Position numbers and translations under genes: made by a program. Below the pieces are notes generated by a model. It saw nothing but the letters and a program-made list of their open reading frames with translations. It made no database searches and was not told where the DNA came from. Positions 33,801 through 37,684 of a stretch of 37,684 nt of DNA are shown piece after piece. Positions within the stretch are counted from its first letter, which is position 1. The number at the start of each line of letters is the position of its first letter. Origin of the DNA: Fibrobacterota bacterium. Its GTDB lineage: Bacteria; Fibrobacterota; Fibrobacteria; UBA5070. The DNA lies in the NCBI GenBank assembly GCA_036771135.1, contig DAIPHW010000006.1, positions 1-37,684 on the forward strand. The letters are read 5' to 3'.

Positions 33801-34064
33801 AAGAAGCCCGACGGCAAGGTCGCCCTGGTGTTCGTGAACAAGAACATGGAATCGGACTACCGAACCCGCCTGAAGATCCCAGGATTCAAGGGAAGCGCCG
33901 TGGTGAAGACGCTGACCAAGGAGACCTCGGGAGGCCTGCGCGGCGCTGATCCGACCGGCGAAGTCTACCCCTCGACGGGACCGACAATCCAGAGAATCGA
34001 GCTTGCAAACGGAGCGGAGATCACCGTTCCCAAGCAGGGCATCGTGACCGTCGAGATGGAGTGA
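30843..34064 (+). CDS. Lipoprotein with three CBM11/CIA30-like beta-sandwich modules and a C-terminal clan GH-A (TIM-barrel) glycoside hydrolase domain
   Basis: ATG 30843 is preceded by AAGGAG (30831-30836). The signal and lipobox are MHWQRLSVLAAAFALGMAGC. Three related modules end in WTTFMIPLRDF, WTQVRVPLKKF and WNQVVVPFRSF. The catalytic part contains HLGTVRFPGGLRSDEIHWEE, FWEIGNEIYGSWH (acid/base NE) and IWLTEWNS (nucleophile E). The exact GH family (GH51/39/30-like) is not resolved. Confidence 0.85.
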   Translation: MHWQRLSVLAAAFALGMAGCILKPIPQPDVPASSVPGHQPTAKESGLHEGAYPVYTFYDEDFQQGGFTYVYGGSTKISQQEDEGHGALGSDYFLHYDLDPRDYSGAAVCLWNQSFDLTPYLKSGAVVFQARGLRGGEKIKIGLVDDEKSDGWKTVVRVDLSPKYGVIKKGEWTTFMIPLRDFGKRGVAWDAARGVEMGQPFQWDLVQEFRVLTNKGDNPEGKVDIDNVQVWADAFDPSTMPVSEDWLDMDHSSDAPTPEQMKLKDEVAGDFFLEDIPAFAYVYGGTKTAVKTLESTTPGNQQVLAAYLDNEYSGVSLSIGNTKYFDLTPYRKTGTLTFWVKGGKASTKFLVGLLDRQGPDIKVQTKVIASDYVDGVIEEGKWTQVRVPLKKFIDDGSYWDADKGHEVSRKIDWSRIQEVRFSIARDENKPGPGKPVVFYFDQVQLTKTALGLRDDDAYWDAFRSEAKDITLFDFDGKGNENWQASHGPTADISRSFVPAGGKLKGKAMKIDFKPGDYYDVLYQMGHDPSIEKDWTKHWGLSFWMRTDKPYQQVDVVLQDRDHEMFLATVGATKGWNQVVVPFRSFAKYPYYQPPEAKQNNKLDLDGVFQISFKPSGDIPGSMMVKDIAVTNRREVQRTKGAAVESAQFTADLAKVVKPIGDIYGINVGQWTPEMLDKTSIALETPLHLGTVRFPGGLRSDEIHWEEVLKAKDFNVDTDEFLDWCLKTGFTPMFTANVGCGSPEESARWVEYVNKKRNGPKVKFWEIGNEIYGSWHKYYERWGKDGGEAYGKMAREHILAMKKIDPSIKVTVVWQLTGEWNRTVMKYVADLVDGVNVHHYAMKTGTENDQALLAVSGEADKLMEDVRAQVKKYGVPGKHYDIWLTEWNSVDFNPAPQTILGHLNAVFVADYLGHLAQSSLDKANLWALYNGRDKRMGDYGILSSGGDPQGLNQRRPTYWAIEMFSRTLTGHLLKAATDKEDLMGWAAKKPDGKVALVFVNKNMESDYRTRLKIPGFKGSAVVKTLTKETSGGLRGADPTGEVYPSTGPTIQRIELANGAEITVPKQGIVTVEME

Positions 34065-34067
34065 GGC

Positions 34068-35201
34068 CTATTCGGCGATCTGGGAGCCGTCCCGGATCGC
34101 CGTCGGCGTGGTGTCGAAGAGTTCCTTGAAGACGCGGTTGAAGTGGGGAATGTTCGCATACCCCACCCGCTGTGCCACCTCCGCGACGGGAAGATCCGTC
34201 TCCAGGAGCAGTTTGCGGGCCGCCTCGCCGCGCACGCGGTTCAGGTAGCCCTTGAACAGGAGCCCCGAAGCGACTTTGATGTGCGCCGTGACGCGATCGA
34301 CCGGGACGCCCGCCGCGTGAGCGACCTTTTCCAGGGAGAGCTCGGGATCGCTGTATTGGCAAGCGATGATGCCGATCACGGCCTCGCGCTCGCGGTCCGC
34401 GTAGGAGACCGCCTCGACCGGCTGGAAGGCGACGTTCTCCCGAGATGCCGATGGATCCTCTTCGGCAACCGAAGCAATCGGACGACGGCGCCTCTGGACG
34501 GCGAGGCCCAGTTGCAGCAGCGCCGCCAGCAGGCCGCCGGCGAAAGCCAAGGCGAAGGGAAGCGGACGGAACGAGCGCAGACGAATGGCCTGGATGCGCA
34601 GGTCAAATTCCTGCCGCAGCGGAACGCCGTCGGTCCCCTGAAGCACCAGCCGCACGATGCGGGAGCGCTTCTCGGGGCCGATCTGCGAACGGTGGAGCCC
34701 CGAGGTGGCGTACCACCAGGCCGGCGTGACGAATTCCTCGACGGGAATAGAGTACTTGGATGTCCCCGGCAGCAATTCGCGGTCGGCGCACTCCGAACGG
34801 GCCGTCTGCCATTCCTCATCGCGCGTGAAGCCGGGCAGGTCCTCAATTAGGCAGAGGCGCAGGGCAGGCAAGCTGCTCGTCCCCAGCTCTAGTTCCAAGG
34901 TTCCCCGGGAAAGATCCACGGCCTGGCTGTCGCCTCCCAGAAAGACGATGCCCCCCGCGACCGGATAGCGCGCTCCGGTGTCCAGCCGAGAGACCAGAGT
35001 GAGGACGCCACCGGAAGTGTCGGCACGAGCGCGAGAGGTCCCGCCGTCTGCCGAATCGGCAAAAGAGATGACGCGCAGGGAAGGCGGCCAGAGATCGGTC
35101 CGGCGCTCGCCCAAGAGGAGTCCGGCCACGGTCCCCAGCAGGATCCAAAGCGCAGCGAGAATGCCGCTGCGGAGCAATCCAGGGATTACCAGACGTCTCA
35201 T
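34068..35201 (-). CDS. Membrane-anchored AraC-family transcriptional regulator with an extracytoplasmic domain between two TM helices
   Basis: ATG 35201 gives MRRLVIPGLLRSGILAALWILLGTVAGLLLG (TM1). About 190 aa follow, then LPFALAFAGGLLAALLQLGLAV (TM2). The C-terminal AraC HTH is LSLEKVAHAAGVPVDRVTAHIKVASGLLFKGYLNRVRGEAARKLLLETDLPVAEVAQRVGYANIPHFNRVFKELFDTTP. The ORF-track extension to 35360 overlaps ribB. Confidence 0.8.
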   Translation of the reverse strand: MRRLVIPGLLRSGILAALWILLGTVAGLLLGERRTDLWPPSLRVISFADSADGGTSRARADTSGGVLTLVSRLDTGARYPVAGGIVFLGGDSQAVDLSRGTLELELGTSSLPALRLCLIEDLPGFTRDEEWQTARSECADRELLPGTSKYSIPVEEFVTPAWWYATSGLHRSQIGPEKRSRIVRLVLQGTDGVPLRQEFDLRIQAIRLRSFRPLPFALAFAGGLLAALLQLGLAVQRRRRPIASVAEEDPSASRENVAFQPVEAVSYADREREAVIGIIACQYSDPELSLEKVAHAAGVPVDRVTAHIKVASGLLFKGYLNRVRGEAARKLLLETDLPVAEVAQRVGYANIPHFNRVFKELFDTTPTAIRDGSQIAE

Positions 35202-35250
35202 TGCATCGGGAAAATAGTGCCGCACCGCCGCCGCGCGGAGCTTTTTTGGC

Positions 35251-35910
35251 TCAGGCGCCCGGCGACCGCTCCACCGGATGCGCCGCGAGATGCTCGGCAA
35301 GCTCGGCGATGGAGACGAGCGGCAGATCGTGCCGCCGCGAATATTCGCGCACCGCCTCACCCTTGGCCATGGTTCCGTCGGGATTTGTCAATTCGCACAA
35401 GAGCGCGAAGGGAGAAAGCCCCGCGGCCCGCATCAGGTCCACCGATCCCTCGGTGTGGCCGGCCCGCTCCCCGATGCCGCCGTCGCGGGCGCGCAGCGGA
35501 AAAACGTGGCCTGGCCGCGAGAGGTCGGCGGGAACGGCGCCTGAAGCGATGGCTGCGCGCACGGTGCGCAGGCGGTCGTGCGCCGAGACGCCGGTGGTCA
35601 CGCCCTCGCGCGCTTCGATGGAGACGGTGAAGGCCGTCCCGTAACGGCTGGTGTTCGCCTCTACCATGGCCGGAAGATCTAGCAGGTCGGCTTTCCAACC
35701 CGGCAGGCACAAGCACACGATGCCGCTGCCGTCGCGGATCAGCCGCGCCATGTCAGATTCTGTCGCCGCTTTAGCCGAGAAGATCATGTCCACTTCATTT
35801 TCGCGGTCCGCGTCGTCGGAAAGGAGGATTCCTCCCCCCGCCCGCAGCCGCGAAAGCGCCCGCTCGACCGCCGTTGCGACGGATTTTGTCCTGCACGCTG
35901 CCGTTCCCAT
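35251..35910 (-). CDS. ribB: 3,4-dihydroxy-2-butanone-4-phosphate synthase (stand-alone RibB)
   Basis: ATG 35910 is preceded by AAGGAAG. ILLSDDADRENEVDMIFSAKAATESDMARLIRDGSGIVCLCL...GTAFTVSIEAREGVTTGVSAHDR...LSRPGHVFPLRARDGG..ERAGHTEGSVDLMRAAGLSPFALLCEL is near-collinear with RibB. At 219 aa it has no RibA domain. The ORF-track extension to 36123 runs through the riboswitch. Confidence 0.95.
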   Translation of the reverse strand: MGTAACRTKSVATAVERALSRLRAGGGILLSDDADRENEVDMIFSAKAATESDMARLIRDGSGIVCLCLPGWKADLLDLPAMVEANTSRYGTAFTVSIEAREGVTTGVSAHDRLRTVRAAIASGAVPADLSRPGHVFPLRARDGGIGERAGHTEGSVDLMRAAGLSPFALLCELTNPDGTMAKGEAVREYSRRHDLPLVSIAELAEHLAAHPVERSPGA

Positions 35911-36009
35911 CACGTCTTCCTTTCGAGTCCGTTCCCGGGAAACACGGAAGCGGCCGCCTCCGCAAGAATTTTGCAGAAACGCCCCAAACGGCGCAAAGCG
36001 TCGTTTTCC

Positions 36010-36156
36010 GTCCTCTTGCATCCGGACTGTACCGTCGGCTCCGGAATCGCACCGGATCTGCTGTCCTTCCAGGTCCCTTTGCCCGGAAGCGCTCGCGGGC
36101 TTCGCGACCAAAGGCCGCGTCACCGCCGGTGGGGAATCTCACCCCGCCCCGAGAAC
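36010..36156 (-). promoter_or_regulatory. FMN riboswitch (RFN element) in the ribB leader
   Basis: The minus strand reads GTTCTCGGGGCGGGGTGAGATTCCCCACCGGCGGTGACGCGGCCTTTGGTCGCGAAGCCCGCGAGCGCTTCCGGGCAAAGGGACCTGGAAGGACAGCAGATCCGGTGCGATTCCGGAGCCGACGGTACAGTCCGGATGCAAGAGGAC. It contains the conserved RFN blocks GGGGCGGGGTGA.ATTCCCCACCGGCGGT, AGCCCGCGAGCG, GATCCGGTG.GATTCCGGAGCCGACGGT and AGTCCGGATG. P1 closes as GTTCTC/GAGGAC. Confidence 0.9.
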
Positions 36157-36253
36157 TTTGAAGGAAAGGTAGCCAAGTCGCACAGAATAGATCAGCGACC
36201 ATAGCCAACGAGTCAATCGCAAGACCAAGCTCCGCATACAAACACATCTAACT

Positions 36254-36293
36254 ATTCTTAAAGTATAGTTATTAAGAATAAATAGCTATACTT
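36254..36293. repeat. Interleaved short inverted repeats in an AT-rich divergent intergenic region (candidate operator/promoter)
   Basis: TATTCTTAA (36254-36262) and TTAAGAATA (36272-36280) are reverse complements. AAGTATAG (36261-36268) and CTATACTT (36286-36293) are also reverse complements. The order is A-B-A'-B'. The surrounding ~90 nt are strongly AT-rich in a GC-rich genome. Confidence 0.5.
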
Positions 36294-36329
36294 AAATTAT
36301 CACCACTAAGATCAGCGCAGGAGGACTAA

Positions 36330-37684
36330 ATGCCTTTGATGGAAATCTCCGAGCGGGAGGTGATCGAACGACTGCGCTTCGACAACCCCTGGTGGCAAGC
36401 CGGACGCGGAGTGGATGCCGAATATCAGAAGGCACCGCGCCGCGCCTATTGTCCCGCATTCTGTAAGCTCGTCGCCCAACGGGACGTGAACCGCAGCATC
36501 CTCTTGCTGGGACCGCGGCGGGTGGGCAAGACCTGGATGATGTTCCAGTGCATCCAAGCGCTCCTGGACAGCGGCATTCCCGGCTCGCAGATCTTGTTCG
36601 CTTCGCTGGAGACTCCGCTCTACACGGGCCTTTCCCTCGAAGCCATGCTCAAGCTCTTCCTGCGGCTCTTCCCCGAGACGCCGAAGTTCCTGTTCTTCGA
36701 CGAGATCCAATACCTGCCGGACTGGGAACGCCACCTCAAGTCGCTCACCGACAGCTACCGCGACTTCCGCTTCGTGGCTTCCGGATCGGCGGCAGCAGCC
36801 TTGCGGCGCAAGAGCCTGGAGTCGGGAGCCGGCCGCTTCACGGACTTCCTGCTGCCTCCGCTCTCGTTTGCCGAGTACCTGCACTTCGTGGGACGGGAAG
36901 GGGAACTGATCCGCGAAGCCAAGACAAAATCTGGCAAATCTCGCGTTCCCCGCAGATGGGAGGCTCCCGACATCTGGGAGCTGAACCGGGAGTTCGTGCG
37001 CTACCTCAACATCGGCGGCTTTCCCGAGGCGGTGATGAACCCGGCCGTGCAGCGCGCGCCAGGCCGCTACATCCGCCAAGACATCATCGAGAAGGTCCTC
37101 CTGAGGGACCTGCCCAGCCTCTACGGCATCCAGGACGTGCAGGAGCTCAATCGGCTCTTCAACGTGCTCGCCTACAATTCCGGAAACGAAGTCAACTTAG
37201 AGTCCCTGTCGCGCGATTCTCGCGTGACCAAGGTGACGCTTAATCGCTACCTCGACTACCTGGAGGCAGCTTTTCTCATCCGGCGCATCGAGCGGGTGGA
37301 CCAGGACTTCGGCAGCTTCCAGCGCGCCACCTTCTTCAAGGTCTACCTGACCAACCCGACGATGCGCAGCGTTCTTTTCGGCCCCCTGGAAGAAAGCTCC
37401 CAAGGCATGGGAGCGATGGCGGAAACCGCCGTTTTCTGTCAATGGCTGCACAGCGGAAGCTGGCTCGAGCGGCTGCGCTACGCGCGCTGGAAGGACCGCG
37501 AAGTGGACATGGTGAGCCTCGACCCGGAAAGCAACGGCCCGGCCACGCTCGTGGAGGTGAAGTGGAGCGACCACCCTGTGCTCCACAGCGGCGAACTAAA
37601 GGCCATCGTGGAGCTTTCCAAGAAGCGGCCGCTGCGCACGCCTCCCCTGGTGACCACCCTGAGCCGCACCGAAACCCGCGACGT
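36330..37684 (+). CDS. AAA_14 ATPase with DUF4143 C-terminal domain (COG1373-type), 3'-truncated by the window edge
   Basis: This gene is not in the ORF track because no stop lies inside the window. ATG 36330 is preceded by AGGAGGA (36318-36324). My own translation is stop-free to the window end: MPLMEISEREVIERLRFDNPWWQAG...ILLLGPRRVGKTWMMFQ (Walker A), KFLFFDEIQYLPDWERHLK (Walker B), FRFVASGSAA, GGFPEAV, IRQDIIEKVLLRDL..IQDV..LNRLFNVLAYNSGNEVNLESLS, then REVDMVSL...TLVEVKWSD. The antisense ORF 36312..37079 and the out-of-frame ORF 36548..37243 are shadows of it. Confidence 0.85.
   Translation, partial: MPLMEISEREVIERLRFDNPWWQAGRGVDAEYQKAPRRAYCPAFCKLVAQRDVNRSILLLGPRRVGKTWMMFQCIQALLDSGIPGSQILFASLETPLYTGLSLEAMLKLFLRLFPETPKFLFFDEIQYLPDWERHLKSLTDSYRDFRFVASGSAAAALRRKSLESGAGRFTDFLLPPLSFAEYLHFVGREGELIREAKTKSGKSRVPRRWEAPDIWELNREFVRYLNIGGFPEAVMNPAVQRAPGRYIRQDIIEKVLLRDLPSLYGIQDVQELNRLFNVLAYNSGNEVNLESLSRDSRVTKVTLNRYLDYLEAAFLIRRIERVDQDFGSFQRATFFKVYLTNPTMRSVLFGPLEESSQGMGAMAETAVFCQWLHSGSWLERLRYARWKDREVDMVSLDPESNGPATLVEVKWSDHPVLHSGELKAIVELSKKRPLRTPPLVTTLSRTETRD

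Overview
This is a high-G+C (about 60-65% by eye), gene-dense bacterial chromosomal window. All family calls rest on motifs I recognise in the translations; no searches were run.

**Lineage hint.** Three secreted enzymes carry T9SS-type C-terminal sorting tails, and one protein carries a Fibrobacter-succinogenes-major-paralogous (TIGR02145-like) domain. This points to an FCB-superphylum / Fibrobacterota-like lineage.

**Layout**
- **1-8.8 kb:** one run of translationally coupled genes. It comprises the tail of a sigma-54 enhancer-binding protein, a polytopic TPR/Zn-ribbon membrane protein, a DUF4388 protein, a TPR-like protein with a cryptic Roadblock-like C-terminus, two Roadblock/LC7 proteins, MglA with a ~320-aa polyproline tail, MglB and PriA.
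- **8.8-21.8 kb:** housekeeping genes. These are lptB, tmk, a cNMP-binding protein coupled to rpoN, an S8 protease, hit, recO, gluQ, three outer-membrane/secreted hypotheticals, bioB, a GT4 glycosyltransferase and a DUF2334 protein.
- **21.8-28.6 kb:** a visibly lower-GC accessory stretch. It holds a small coiled-coil/wHTH protein, a GH43-like hydrolase, a GH35 beta-galactosidase, a ~690-bp AT-rich gap and a Fib_succ-domain protein.
- **28.7-37.7 kb:**
  - a stand-alone tRNA-Ile(GAT)/tRNA-Ala(TGC) pair with its own terminator;
  - a Vat-type acetyltransferase and a YkgJ-type Cys-cluster protein;
  - a 1073-aa lipoprotein with three CBM-like modules and a clan GH-A catalytic domain;
  - a convergent membrane-anchored AraC regulator whose outside domain resembles those modules;
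  - ribB behind an FMN riboswitch;
  - a 3'-truncated AAA_14/DUF4143 ATPase that is absent from the ORF track.

**Best candidate for something not yet characterised:** the expanded MglA/Roadblock module, especially the MglA-polyproline fusion, followed by the CBM-sensor AraC regulator. No CRISPR array, transposase, integrase or rRNA gene is visible.
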